DNA from: Asterias rubens
Taxonomy: Eukaryota
DNA: 64,000 nt
Direction of reading: 5' to 3'
Assembly: GCF_902459465.1 (NCBI RefSeq)
Contig: NC_047064.1
Span: 3,534,001 to 3,598,000 of the forward strand
Shown here piece by piece: positions 50,474-63,116 of the stretch. Each line of letters begins with the position of its first letter. Within the stretch, counting starts at the first letter, position 1. Below the pieces are notes generated by a model that saw only the letters and a program-made list of their open reading frames with translations, had not been told where the DNA came from and did no database searches. The position numbers were made by a program, and so were the translations under genes.

Positions 50474-50849
50474 AGGCAGTGGACACTATTGGTAATTGTC
50501 AAAGACCAGTCTTCTTACTTTGTGTATCTCAACATATGCATAAAATAACCCCAACCTGTGAAAATTTGAGCTCAATTGGTCGTCGAAGTTGCGAGGTAAC
50601 AATGTAAGAAAAACACCCCTACACGAAGTTGTGTTCTTTCAGATGCTTGATTTCGAGACCTCAAAATCTAATTCTGAGGTCTCGAAATCAAATTCGTGGA
50701 AAATTACTTCTTTCTCGAGAACTACGTCACTTCAGAGGGAGCGGTTTCTCACAATGTTTTATACCATTAATCTCTCCCCATTACTCGTTACCAAGTAAGG
50801 TTTTATGCTAATAATTATTTTGAGTAATTACCAATAATGTCCACTGCCT
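50474..50849. mobile_element. Kolobok-like MITE family 1, full-length
   Basis: TTAA-AGGCAGTGGACACTATTGG ... CCAATAATGTCCACTGCCT-TTAA. Confidence 0.85.
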
Positions 50850-51492
50850 TTAAGTTGAATTCTAAAAGTTGAAAGTTTCACACGTGAGTGCCTTTATGAG
50901 CTGTGCTACACACACATGTCCTTATATCTCTCACAAATTAATTGGCAGATATGGTGCTCCGTCGTTTAGCTTAGCAGATATTAAGATCTGTTTGTTCATC
51001 CTTTCTGCTTACCAGCACTATTACTCCTATTCTATTGTCCTGCTCGATGGGCCAGTTTCATACAGGCGCCAAACACAAAAAAACCTACTTGATGGAAAAG
51101 GGTCAGGAGCCAAAATACAAAGTACATTGGTCATGACTGACTCGCTATGTTTACATTAGTAGAATAAGTCTAGCATGATTTTCTCATACTTCTCATGATT
51201 TTCTGAAGCTTGGAGAGCAGTACTACGAGGGAATGTTGTTTAAAACCGCCTCGCCATCCTCCCTTGCTAATCGAATAAAAAAAAACTCAGCCTACACAAC
51301 ATTGTGTCTTCTCCACCTGTGGAAACATTTGTGCATTATCGCTGCTACTGCACCGGGATATAGTGGTTTGTTTTCATAGGTTTCTTCTATTAACATGATT
51401 AGGTGGCCCGACATAGACGAGCCTACGTTAAAATTACAGTTAGATGAGATCTGGTATGATCATTTTCAGTCCAAGCCGAGCTGAGGTTTTAA

Positions 51493-51845
51493 AGGGACTA
51501 CACACTATTCGTAATTACTCAAAATAATTGTTAGCATTTAAACTTTACTTGGTAACGAGTAATGGAGAGTTGTTGATAGTATGTTATACGTAAATCATTG
51601 TGAGAAATGGCCTTGCAGTAACGTAGTTTTTGAAAAAGTACCAATTTCTCACTCAAAATTTTAAACAACCTAAAGCCCTTTTTAGACATCTGAAAGCACA
51701 CAAATAGTGCAACAGTTTCTGTCATTATTCTCTTGCAGCTTAAATGACTTGAGCCAAAATGTTCACAGCTTTGTTATGTTATGTATGTTGGGATATACCA
51801 AGTGAGAATAATGGCTTTGACATTTAACAAAGGTGTCCAGTTCCT
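51493..51845. mobile_element. Kolobok-like family 1, diverged
   Basis: TTAA-AGGGACTACACACTATTCGTAATTACTC ... AAAGGTGTCCAGTTCCT. Confidence 0.65.
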
Positions 51846-52590
51846 TGAAAACGGGAGCGCGAGAGTATAATAGTAATGTTATCAGGGTGTATTGTTTTTC
51901 AAACAAAATTCCTCATTAGAGTTGTATGCACTTTGTAAAAGTAAATTGATATACATTCAGATGCAGATGTTTTATTTATACCAGGAAATAAACTAATATG
52001 AAAGATTGGGTTTTTATGGGAACAATTAATGTGCGTTTATACGTCACTAAGATGGGCACACTCTGTGAAAAGGAAACAAGAGGGACCCCGGTAAGTTACT
52101 AAAGAAAAACTTGTGGAGCGAAAGAAATTTTGAACGCGAAAGCTATTTACAGCTGTTTATGAGTCCGAGTGTTTGTTTGTCATTAATTTTGATAATGTAT
52201 GCCTATACAATACACTTCCGATTTTTCGTAAGCTATCGATACGAAATTAGGCCCCAACTTCTTTTGAAAACTAGCTACACCTCGGCCGTTGACGGCATGC
52301 GTCAAAATGACAATACTTGACGTCATCTGTGGGAGTCGCTATATTGCAACAAAGCAATTAGGCCGATTGGAGCGCCCACAATGACGTCACATAAGTGATG
52401 ACGTCACGGGGACTGTCGAGAGTTATTCTAAAATGCACAGCTGAAGGGTATGACTTTTTTTCAATTAAAAACTGTTTAACCTCATTTGAACTCAACTTCC
52501 TTATTGGTGAACACATTTTAATTGAATTTTAGCAAAGATCACTCGTTCCCATTCTCTTTCAACTGGTCTTTAAGAGAGAACTCACCTTAC

Positions 52591-53110
52591 TAGACACTAT
52601 TGGTAATTATACTCAAAATAATTGTTAGCATAAAAACTTACTTGGTAACAAGCAATGGAGAGCTGTTGATAGTATAAAACATTGTGAGAAAAGATTCCCT
52701 CTGAAGTAACGTAGTTTTCGAGAAAGAAGTTATTTCGACTAAAATATTTGAATTTGATTTCGAGATCTCAAAATAAGATTTTGAAGTCTGTAAATCAAGC
52801 ACATTACTTCGTGTTACAAGGGTTATTCTTCCATTATTATCTCGCAACTTTGACGACCAATTGATGCAGCAAGTGAGAAGACTGGTCTTTGACAATTACC
52901 AATAGTGTCCAGTGGGTCTTTGAGGGAGAATACGCCTTAAGCATTCGCAAAGGTAATTTTCTTTCTTGGAACAAATGTCACAAACAAATTGACCATCCTA
53001 AAGGACAAACCGCGAAAAAATTCCACGAGTGGTCTTAATATTTAATGTATTAAACTATCAACAGCTCTCCATCGCTCATTACCGAGTAAGTTTTTCTGCT
53101 AAAATTTTTT
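52591..53110. mobile_element. Kolobok-like family 1 copy plus adjacent terminal fragment
   Basis: GACACTATTGGTAATT ... TTACCAATAGTGTCCAG (52591-52915), and a second right-end fragment ending GCCT-TTAA at about 53145. Confidence 0.65.
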
Positions 53111-53979
53111 TTTTTTTTTAGTAATTACCAATAGTGTCCTTGCCTTTAAACAAAAATAGAGACTATTTTGTGAAGATGATAGCACCGAAAAGACATGTGT
53201 GGCTTATTGGTTTAATTTTGCTGTTCGCTCTCCTGTGAAATGGTCATGCTCAAGCAAAAGTAATCCATGATGAAACTGGTCAAATATTGATGCGGAAGAT
53301 AATGAAAACGGCACATAAATAATTTATGCACGATACTGTTTTCTTTTTATTCCACGATTGTTTTTCTTTTCACTAAAAATTGTAGACGAAATACCTTTCG
53401 AAATTGCATCGAAAAAAATGTGCCTTACCACTTGTTTAGTTGTTTGTTTGAGTGTAGAAACTGCTATCAATAAGCCTAATGGAATTGCCTGAAAATCACA
53501 TAGTTATATTTCTCGAAAACTAGAAATATAGTTCGCTGTTCAAAACCATGCTCTAGCTATCCTTCGTATATATTTCGTAAAAAATAATATTGGCAACACA
53601 CGTTTACAAGCCTCTTTGTGTAAGCACGATGGCATAAGGAATTGAATAAATTAAACTGCATAGTAGAGACTATAGATTCCTCTTTGTTTTTTTTTCTTTA
53701 TTTTAATTGTTTTAATTTTTGTTTGGACAAAAACCACTGCAATAAAAAAGTGTTTTTTTCAAAGACCCTGCTCATTTAATAAAATAACAGTTGATAAAAT
53801 ATAAAATCCGCACTGAAATTAAAAAATTGTAGCAGGAGTAAAATATATAATGGCAAGTTAAAGCATTTTAATTTTGAAAAAAAGAATTTTCAGAAACCAC
53901 GGATAGAAAACCTGCAAAGAGTCAAACAAAAGTAGAATCACGGACCAGACGACACACTATATCTTTTGCTTATGCTTAA

Positions 53980-54350
53980 TGCCCTGTTCACACCATGGCG
54001 TATCGCCTGAACGTAAGCCAACGTATGCGAAATATCGAAAATACGTTGGTGTACGCTGATATAAGTTTGGGGTAAGTTGGGGATACGTTGTTTACGTTAA
54101 GAGCACGCTGGGATACGCTGTTAAAATTTTGAACACGTCGAGTCCGCGATTTTTTTTAGCATGTTCAAAATGTATCGGCGTACTGAACGTGTGCTTCATA
54201 CGTTCTGCATAAGTTCCCCGTAAGTTCGTGGTACGTTAGACATACGTTGACATACGTTGATACACTCGTAGGTTGGTATACGTTGATGTAGAAACGTACA
54301 GCCAACGTAGTGAGAACGTACATATTATGTTCTACAGTACAGCTAGCGTA
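53980..54350. mobile_element. Harbinger-like MITE fragment rich in TACGTT motifs
   Basis: Begins TAA-TGCCCTGTTCACACC. Internal inverted TTTTGAACA/TGTTCAAAA. Right end not found. Confidence 0.5.
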
Positions 54351-55519
54351 TGTGCCGTACAGCTAGCGAGCATCCGGCGTTTTATGAACTTATGGGGGGG
54401 GGGTTCAGTATATATATGTGGGTCCCTTGAGTAACTCATCCTCATTTCTTTTTTAAAGTTTGCCCCTTTTTTACGCAAACAAAATGTGTTCCCCGTTTTC
54501 CCGCAGTAAAAATTAAAAAACCTACAACTGCACAATTCTTCAATATACTAAAAATATCCTTTATAATCACCGATGTTACCAAAACAATTTTCAGCCAAAA
54601 ATAATCGTGATTTTTTTATGATACCATTAATTTATTTATAATATTTATGTTGTTACGGGATAAACCTGACCGTGAACATACAATCAGAATTTACTATGTT
54701 TCATTTCCTTCTGTAACTGTAAGGCCAAAGTCTTCCATCAATTTACTGTACCCATTATCCCATTTTTAGCTTGGAGGTTTTTTCCCGATTGTAAAAGCAA
54801 AGGGGCGCCGAGGTTTTTTCTTGCAACACGGCACTTCGATTTAGGATAATCATTGTAAAGGTCGACATACCCCGAGTCACAATTTGTAATTGGTAGTTCT
54901 GGAAAAGCTGTACCCAGAAATGCCTTTAGGTCTCTGTTTTCTCTCTCTTAGATGTGACGATAAAGTGGTGGAAAATATTGTATGCAATCTCCCTCTCGCA
55001 CTGTAAGTCTACATTGACACGTCGTATGTGTATGTGTAGAACACATTCCAGTAGTGTAACAGTAAGCTTGCTACACTATCCATTACTTGTATTACGTGCT
55101 CTTCAAGTAGGGCATATAATTATCTAAAAATTGTCTCTCTAATCAATAAAGTGCCTTGGCCCGAAATGGTGTCCTTGTCCACAGCTTAATTTGAGATGGG
55201 TTCAATAATTGAATTGGTTAAGATATTAATTTTACTTTATCAAAATATTCAAATTCGCCTACTGTCCCCACGCACTGGCAGCGAGTTTTTCAATAAGAGG
55301 AGCTGGGGTTGATGGAAGTTTTTTTTTTTTTTTTCGAGAGGCACTGGAGAAGCAATTTGGGTGAAGTAAAAACACGGATTGGGAGTGGAGTACGTAAACT
55401 TACATTATTTAATAATGCGACCTGAGATGACGGTCCAGAGTGTCCTCCTTAAGAAGGTTGTAAGAATCAATGCATCTTAACCATGTTATAGTTCTTTATA
55501 AAAGACAATAACGACCACT

Positions 55520-56160
55520 GTTACGCAATAGGGATCTTTTTGACGTCACGAATTACGCAATTCCTTTTTTTTATCCGACGTTCCTTAATCGTGGTTTTTG
55601 TTTTATCAGATGTTCATTATGGGGGTTTCAATGCAAAGAAGTAATTTTGACAAAGCTTTTGTTTCTCGGAGACAGCAACGACTGTTGTAACGTAATAGGT
55701 CACATGTTGGGATTTTTTACGTCACAAATTACGCAATCTGACGTTCCTAAATTAAAATGTATGTTTTATCTGAGGTTCCTTAAAAGAGGGTTGTACTGCA
55801 ATGAAGATGTTTACTATTTATTTATCGGAGGCCGCAATGACTGTGTTACGCGATATGTCAGATGTTGAGACCTTTTGGACGTCACGAATGACGTAAATCC
55901 TGTTTTATCTGACGTTCCTTAACCGCAATTCCTGTTTTATCAGAGATTCATTAATAAGAGGGTTGCAAGGCGATGTAGTTGTTGGGATCTTTTTGACGTC
56001 ACGAATTACGCACAACTACTGTTTTATGCGTTGTTCCTTAAAAGGGTTGCACTGCCATAAAGTAATTTTGAACAAGTATTTATTTCTTTGAAACAATATG
56101 TCACTTGTTGGGATTTTTTGTTTGGGGGCGTCACGAATTACGCAATCCGACGTTTCTTAT
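55520..56160. repeat. Five degenerate tandem units each with GACGTCACGAATTACGCAAT
   Basis: Motif at about 55541, 55717, 55877, 55994 and 56127. Confidence 0.8.
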
Positions 56161-56555
56161 CCGCTACTCCTTATTCACGATTAGGCAAAGGGTGATGGGA
56201 TTATTTATATGAAGCTGGTTACTTATTCATGTGTACAAGTAAAGCAATGGTGTACCAGGGATAACAAACAATACCGGCATGTAATCAAATCAATGATTCA
56301 ATTTTGCCCCTGAGCGTATTTTCTCCGGTTAGAAAGCTAAGTCGCCAATCGTAAACTGTGAATTAATAATAAATACACGTTTCCTCAAAAATAACTTATT
56401 TGATTCACGGGTTAGGAAAACGCTCCGTAGGCTTTATATAACGAGACATTTAGGAATCAGACATTTTCTTTAATTGTAGTGTAAAGGTGGGGGTACACTT
56501 TGAATCGTTTCATGCGGCGTGTCAGATTTAAAGGGGATGTACCATCATTATCATT

Positions 56556-56870
56556 CAGTCTCCAGACGATGACTAGAGCAAGGTAGTCGAAACATTAAGT
56601 CCAATTTAAGAACTGAATCCGCGGTAGTACAGTTAAGTACGATCCTATAAGCTTAAGTAGTAGTCCCAGCCTATTTTCTATACCATCCGTCCGGGTAATA
56701 GTTAAAAAGCAGGACAGTTCTTTTCAGAACTGAGAAGTCTCCCAAACACCCGAACAATCTACTCCGCGGTAGTAGAATAATTAAAGCAAGACAGTTATCT
56801 AAGAACAAACTCTACCTGGCAAGATAGGCCTACACATGGTGTTACCGCAAACCAAATAATATATATATAT
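56556..56870 (+). mobile_element. Penelope-type terminal relic
   Basis: GTCTC-CAGACGA-T-GACTAG-agcaag-GTAGTC-GAAAC, with a duplicated TCCGCGGTAGTA internal motif. Confidence 0.4.
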
Positions 56871-57045
56871 ATTATTATTATACAAGACATGTGTCTGTTA
56901 TACAAGTAAACATGAACTCTAGTCCAAAGTTATTGCACACGCTGGCTATGGCTGCTTGCTTCAACAACAACGTTGGGGAATGGGACTCTTAAGGGATTCA
57001 GCCTAAGCCATTGCGGAAGTCATACACGCGGCATGACCTCAGTTA

Positions 57046-57175
57046 GGCCGTATCCGAATTGGCTACAGCTACGGCTACTTCACCGCGTCGTCATGCATTG
57101 AAGTATAGGACGCCCTTAGCAACACCCCTGGCAACGGTCGTAGCCGCAGCAGTAGCCACCAATTCGGACACTGCC
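57046..57175. mobile_element. PIF/Harbinger-like MITE
   Basis: TTA TSD on both sides. TIR GGCCGTATCCGAATTGG / CCAATTCGGACACTGCC. Confidence 0.75.
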
Positions 57176-57769
57176 TTAGTTTCGAAAGACCGATCCGTCA
57201 AAGATTGGAAACGCGCGAAGGGGATTTGCGCAGCAGTCCCTTGCCTCCGTGATATGGGGTGACAAAATAACACCCGAAAAGAGAAGCATTTTCAACGCCC
57301 TCATATGCTACCAATCCATCACATGTAGATTGCTGTTTCACAACTCAATTTCAGTAAAGTTGAAAACACTTTGAAGCGAATTACTCCATACTCCAAAGCT
57401 ATCCATGGCTTGATTTGTTCTTGTAATTTCATTTAATTGTTCTGGTTGTGAAGTCAAGGACACTCGTATTATATTAATCACTGTGTTGTACCAATAACTC
57501 AATGGAGAGAAGACAAGGAGTGGAGTTTCAGCTATAAATGTGGAGGAAACCCCCGGAGGATTCTAGGGGAAAACTCACGCAGTCAGGTATACGGGGACTA
57601 AAACCCTATCAACATAATGGTGCGCCGGCGTGATTCGAACCGGGGTCATGTGGAAGGCGAGGAAATATACCATCTAGACGTTCGATGAGCAAATGGAACA
57701 AAACATTAGGTTCATCAGCCGATTTCAAAAATTAAGAACGTTAGTGAATATGATAAGAAACAAAACACA

Positions 57770-58160
57770 AAACACAATGTCCACAGATTTACATAAAACT
57801 TACACAGCTTGAAGATTGTGATAGTAGAAAGCTTCCCTGGAAATGTTACTGAGGTGATGTATTTTTTGAGAAATGAGTAAAACAAATAATGTTCGTCTCA
57901 GTTTTAGCATGTAAAAACGTTAGCCAGTTATGCTATGGTTTTGGTATAATATCATAACTGGTTAATGGGATTTTACATGCTAAAATAATTTTCGTCTTCC
58001 TGAGAAGAAAATTATTTTGACTTGTTTTACTCATTTCTCAAAAACTACACAACCTCAGTTAGTAAAATTTGAAGGGAAGCTTTCCACTATCATTGGCTTC
58101 AAACCCTGTAAGTTTAATGTAAATCTGTGGACATTTTGAAAAAGTACCCATACCCTTAAA
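57770..58160. mobile_element. MITE with long imperfect TIRs (probably Kolobok-like)
   Basis: AATGTCCACAGATTTACATAAAACTTACA ... TGTAAGTTTAATGTAAATCTGTGGACATT. A related fragment lies at about 7645-7740. Confidence 0.65.
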
Positions 58161-58451
58161 GCCTATCATAATTAGCATCAATAAGTTCACACAGGCCTAG
58201 CCTAGGCCCAACTCTCAGCATCTAACCACCCACTAAACTACATTGCAACTGACGTATTCAATTCAGAACCAGGCGTTCCCAACATTTTACAAACGGTCAT
58301 GACAATATTTTCATCTCATTAATTAAGTCGCGTTTTCCCCCAAGATAAGACCATGGCTCGATTTCACAAAGAAATGATCTTAAAGTGCGAATCAATCTTA
58401 ATTGCCTAAGTGTCATGTCACCATACAAATTATTATGGCGAAATGACACAA

Positions 58452-58662
58452 CAAGACCTCAGAATTAGATTTTGAGGTCTCGAAATCAAGCATCTGAAAG
58501 TATACAACTTCGTGTGACAAGGGTGTTTTTTCTTTCATAGTTATCTTCGAAGAACAATTGAGCTCTAATTTTCACAGGTTTGTTATTTTACGCATATGTT
58601 GAGATACACCATGTGAGAAGACTGGTCTTTGACAATTACCAATAGTGTCCAGTGTCGTTAAG
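58452..58662. mobile_element. Kolobok-like family 1, half copy
   Basis: GAGGTCTCGAAATCAAGC ... TTACCAATAGTGTCCAGTGTC. Confidence 0.7.
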
Positions 58663-60169
58663 CTCGAATGATTGTGATGGCCGATGTACAAGGGGTTGCA
58701 GTTTGCCAAATTAATCGGGTTTATAATTGCCAAGGTTCTAACCTTGATATTGGTGAAAAAACATCAGCAAAATTGTTGCATCAAGGATTCAGTGTAGTTC
58801 GAGATCTCTGGATTACTATAATCACACACCAATAATTATATCCAGTAACTCTAGTAACAACTGAAACACTTACCTGTTACGGTGGAAACTGGAGTTAAGC
58901 TGCATGCCGATTATTATTATAACGTGGCCTTCACACGCCTGCCTCTTTTGTGCACCACACTTGATTTATAAAATTGTAATTTTAGGGAGAAGGAACAAAG
59001 TAGTATTTCGACTGCTGAAGCTACAACCCCTCTCGAGTTTTACATCTGTGGACAGACCGCTGGCAATTAAAAGACAATACTTTCGAAATTCCCGGTGTGC
59101 GAGTTTCAAGCAGTAGTCATCAAAGCGTAATGACAAACCTATATGTGTATCTCATCGCCTAGTGCTGGTCACCGAGTATAAAATAATACTGTATACCGAT
59201 TATATATATCTTTACCCGTCTGTGTATCGAAGTTTCTTATAGTTCGCTTCCCACGCGCACTACTGGCAGCTGATAGCGGGCCAACAAAAACATCGAGTTT
59301 AATTGAGCGGACCACCGCGTGCATTGGCGTGGAGTTCATGTAACAATCTTTTGATATTATAATTAGTTTTTGACATGGTTAATTAGGAAGTGCTATCTGG
59401 TCAATCACCGAACACTGTCAAAATGATCCTTCTTCTCTTTTAATTTGGGAGAACTGGTAATTAAGAAAAGAAAAACTAGTATTGTTTCTTTATTTTGTTT
59501 GTCAATTAATATTGAAAACAAAGAAGTAGGATGCAGGGGGGTTTTGCCATACAAATGATGGTAGTTCCGTTACGGTGTGCACACGCTTCAGGTTTAAATT
59601 ATTACCATGTAACTTCCTGAATTTATTTCTCAGTTACAATTATGTTCATGCACAAGTGTTGTGTGTGCTATCACATAGACCTATTGTATGTATTTTGCAT
59701 TTTACAGCCCAAACTCCCATTCAAGATGTTAATTCAAGACGAAAAAAAATAAAAAGACATAAGACACATCTGTTTTGATGAGTCAACACAAGTGTTGACT
59801 CTGAGAAAAACTACGTAAATTTATTGCTTGACGTTTGAATCAGTATTCAGTATACTCGGATTGTACTGTCATGAAACTTTATTCGGCCAGTATTTTAATA
59901 AAAATACACCAATTCACGAAACAAATATTTGCTTTAACAATCTTCAGATAACCAGAACAATTGTAAACCAAAATACATAACCGATGTTACCAACGCAAAC
60001 ATAACTATTGGGAAGCCCCAGATGAAAATCTCTTGATTGATGAAAAGTGTGGAAGTCTGAAATTAAAATTCACGGTGTAGACTGACGAATAGTATTAGTG
60101 ATTGCTAATGATGACGTTGACGTAAAGAGTTACGTAACCCTCCTGAAAACTCCCGGATCAGCCGGATCC

Positions 60170-60298
60170 GGAAGGACCCGGAAGGATCCGGAAGGACCCG
60201 GAAGGACCCGGAAGGACCCGGAAGGACCCGGAAGGACCCGAAAGGACCCGGAAGGACCCGGAAGGACCCGAAAGGACCCGAAAGGACCCGGAAGGGCC
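60170..60298. repeat. (GGAAGGACCC)13 minisatellite
   Basis: 10-bp unit with few G/A and C/T variants. Confidence 0.95.
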
Positions 60299-60399
60299 AA
60301 ATGGGTAACTCATGTCGTGAATATTCTCTTTGCAGCATGCCTGACTATTATTTTGTAATTAAGAAACATGTTTTAAACGTTTTTATCAAGAGCACTTAA

Positions 60400-60783
60400 A
60401 GGCAGTGGACACTATTGGTAATTACTCAAAATAATTATTAGCATAAAACCTTTCTTCGGGTGACGAGTAATGGGGAGAGGTTGATGGTAAAAAAAACACT
60501 GTGAGAAACGGCTCCCTCTGAAGTGCCATAGTTTTCGAGAAAGAAGTAATTTTCCACGAATTTGATTTCGAGACCTCAGATTTAGAACTTGAGGTCTCGA
60601 AATCAAGCATCTGAAAGCACACAAGTTCGTGTGACAAGGGTGTTTTTTTCTTTCATTATTATCTCGCAACTTTGATGACCGATTGAGCTCAAATTTGCAC
60701 CGGTTTGCTATTTTATGCATTATGTTGAGATACACCAACTGTGGAGGCTAGTCTTTGACAATTACCAATAGTGTCCACTGCCT
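60400..60783. mobile_element. Kolobok-like MITE family 1, full-length reference copy
   Basis: TTAA on both sides (60396-99, 60784-87). TIR AGGCAGTGGACACTATTGGTAATT. Internal hairpin GATTTCGAGACCTCA...TGAGGTCTCGAAATC. No coding capacity. A TTAA TSD with AG...CT termini fits Kolobok rather than piggyBac (CC...GG). Confidence 0.85.
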
Positions 60784-60982
60784 TTAAGTATGATTTTGGG
60801 GGGTTGACTAAGTGTTGTGCGTTAATAGCTCTATATGAAGTTAATACTAATATCAAAGTCTTATATAGCGCACGTTATCTACCAAACAAGGTACTCAAGG
60901 CGCTCAGGATATACAAACTCTCAGAAAGATAGGTTATTGCAGTGATGAATTCTGAGAGTCCCAATTATATAGCAGCTTTTAA

Positions 60983-61357
60983 AGCCATTATACACTTTCG
61001 GAACAGAAAACAAAATAAAAGTTCACAAATTTACAAATAACTTACAGGGTTTACAGAAGGTAATGGTGAAAGACTTCTCTTGAAATATTATTCCATGAAA
61101 TGCTTTACTTTTTGAGAAAACGTTAAACCAATTATCAATTCTCGATATTGAGAATTACGGATTTATTTTAAACACAATCCCCCATGTCATGACACGGCAA
61201 AAAGCGCGGAAACAAGGGTGGATTTCCCATTATTTTCTCCTGACTCCGAAGACCGATTGAGCCTAAATTATCACAGGTTTGTTATTTTATAATGTAAGTT
61301 GTGATACACGAATAGTGGGCCTTTGGACAATACTGTTACCGAAAGTGTCCAATGGCT
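60983..61357. mobile_element. Kolobok-like MITE family 3
   Basis: TTAA-AGCCATTATACACTTTCGG ... CCGAAAGTGTCCAATGGCT-TTAA. A sister copy lies at about 5040-5331 in the opposite orientation. Confidence 0.8.
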
Positions 61358-62262
61358 TTAAGGGTCTACAAGGTGTTACGGCGCATCCAGCGGCCATAAC
61401 CAGGAACGGGCACAAGTTGCGCCCTGATGTGAAACGACAACAGGTCCATTGTTGTGTTTTTATTGACATTAGAAACAGAACAAAACCCATAGCATACTCT
61501 CCTGAAAGCCAACCAACGTGAAAGAACTGCTTTGAGCTTGTAACATTAATTAATAAAAACGTGACCCGGTTTTTATTAGACGTGTCTCGGGTCTGCATGA
61601 ATAATAATCTAACTATTATCTAAGGCGATCTTAATTGAAAAAACTGGCCTTTGTTAAACGCCGGAAGTAATTCATGACGGTACGGTCAAAGTAAATTCTA
61701 GTAATATCACTCAAGAGGCACTCGCGTACATTATAACACGGAGTCATTGCTGAAGTTGTTTTGGTTGTGTAATGTCTTATTAGAAAGGGTTGGTTAATGA
61801 AACCTACCTCCATGCTGAAACCAGTCAGTTGTAATGTGGAGGAAGAAGCTATACAGTATAGTGCGGAAGTTAGGCCTGTTTTTGTTTTCATGTTAGCATG
61901 GTGGAGGGTTGATGTCGATGTCTATAGGATACCACCAATGGTGGCCTTTGGTATGCTCATTTTGATAAGGTGATATCCAACGTGGGTGCAGTGACGCACC
62001 CCAATTAAAGGTAGTGTTAAATTTTAGTTGTAATGAAAGAGAAGAATTACTTTCATAATTAACGATGTACATACATCACTTGTTATCAGCCTCGGCACTG
62101 TTGCGCGTCATCGTCCGTAGTGACAATGACGCCAATAATATTGTGAAGATGTTGTATCTTGACAACGATGGGAATAATATTAAAGTTAATTGTTGACATT
62201 TGTATTGATAACATTGCTATGGATTTGTTGAGAAAAGCAAAAACTAGTTGTTTCCAAGTTAA

Positions 62263-62594
62263 AGGGACACTTTGCCTTGGATCGGACGAGTTGGCAGCAT
62301 AAAAAAGCATTTGTAACCGTTTGTTATAAAATGCACATGGTTGGAAAGATATTTTAAAAGTAGAATACAATGATCCACACAAATTTGCCCTGAAATTGCG
62401 TGGTTTTCCTTTTGCCAATGGCCGACCGTGTTAGTCGACGAGGTAAAAGAAAAACCACGCAATTTCGAGGCATATCTGTGTGGATCATTGTATTCTACTT
62501 TTAAAACATCTCTCCAACCATTATGCATGTTATAGCAAACGGTTACAAACGCTTTTCAAAGACCAACTCGACCGGTCCAAGGCAACGTGTTCCT
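62263..62594. mobile_element. Kolobok-like MITE family 2
   Basis: TTAA-AGGGACACTTTGCCTTGGATCGG ... CCAAGGCAACGTGTTCCT. Confidence 0.8.
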
Positions 62595-62760
62595 TAAAAG
62601 GGATTGCGCATTCCTATTATGATGAAGATACACGCCAAGCAATGTACATCGATCATTTCCCCAAACTTGTTACTATCACTAAAGATCGCACTACATTCCG
62701 GTACTGGGGTTCTGTGTCCACTTTGGGGGGTTCTGATACCTAGAAATTTAGTTAGTTTAA

Positions 62761-63116
62761 AGGCAGTGGACACTATTGGTAATTACTCAAAACAATTATT
62801 AGCCTAAAACCTTTCTTGGTGACTAGTAATGGGGAGAGGTTGATGGTATAAAACATTGTGAGAAACGGCTCCCTCTGAAGTGCCATAGTTTTTGAGAAAG
62901 AAGTAATTTTCCACGAATTTGATTTCGAGACCTCAGATTTAGAACTTGAGGTCTCGAAATCAACCATCTAAACGCACACAACTTCGTGTGACAAGGGTGT
63001 TTTTTTCTTTCATTAATATCTCGCAACTTCGATGACCGATTGAGCTCAAATATTCACAGGTTAGTTATTTTATGCATAATGTTGAGATACACCAACTGTG
63101 AAGGCTAGTCTTTGAC
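62761..63116. mobile_element. Kolobok-like family 1, young copy lacking right TIR
   Basis: Near-identical to 60400-60750. TTAA-AGGCAGTGGACAC left end. Confidence 0.8.

Noticed and set aside
59216-59339. Minus-strand ...SSARGKRTIRNFDTQTG|GTAAAG, GKR plus donor, possible paralogous peptide exon
   Set aside because: No hydrophobic signal peptide and no convincing acceptor. Likely chance.
60098-60358. ORF with EGPGRTRKDP repeats (collagen/adhesive-like)
   Set aside because: Produced by a 10-bp minisatellite whose unit is not a multiple of 3. There is no signal peptide or splice context.
9357-63026. Recurrent ORF peptides such as MCAFRCLISRPQ...RNQIRGKLLLS and QMLDFETSSSKSEVSKSN
   Set aside because: They are translations of the non-coding Kolobok-like MITE interior. 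They are short, appear in varying frames, and show no transposase motifs.
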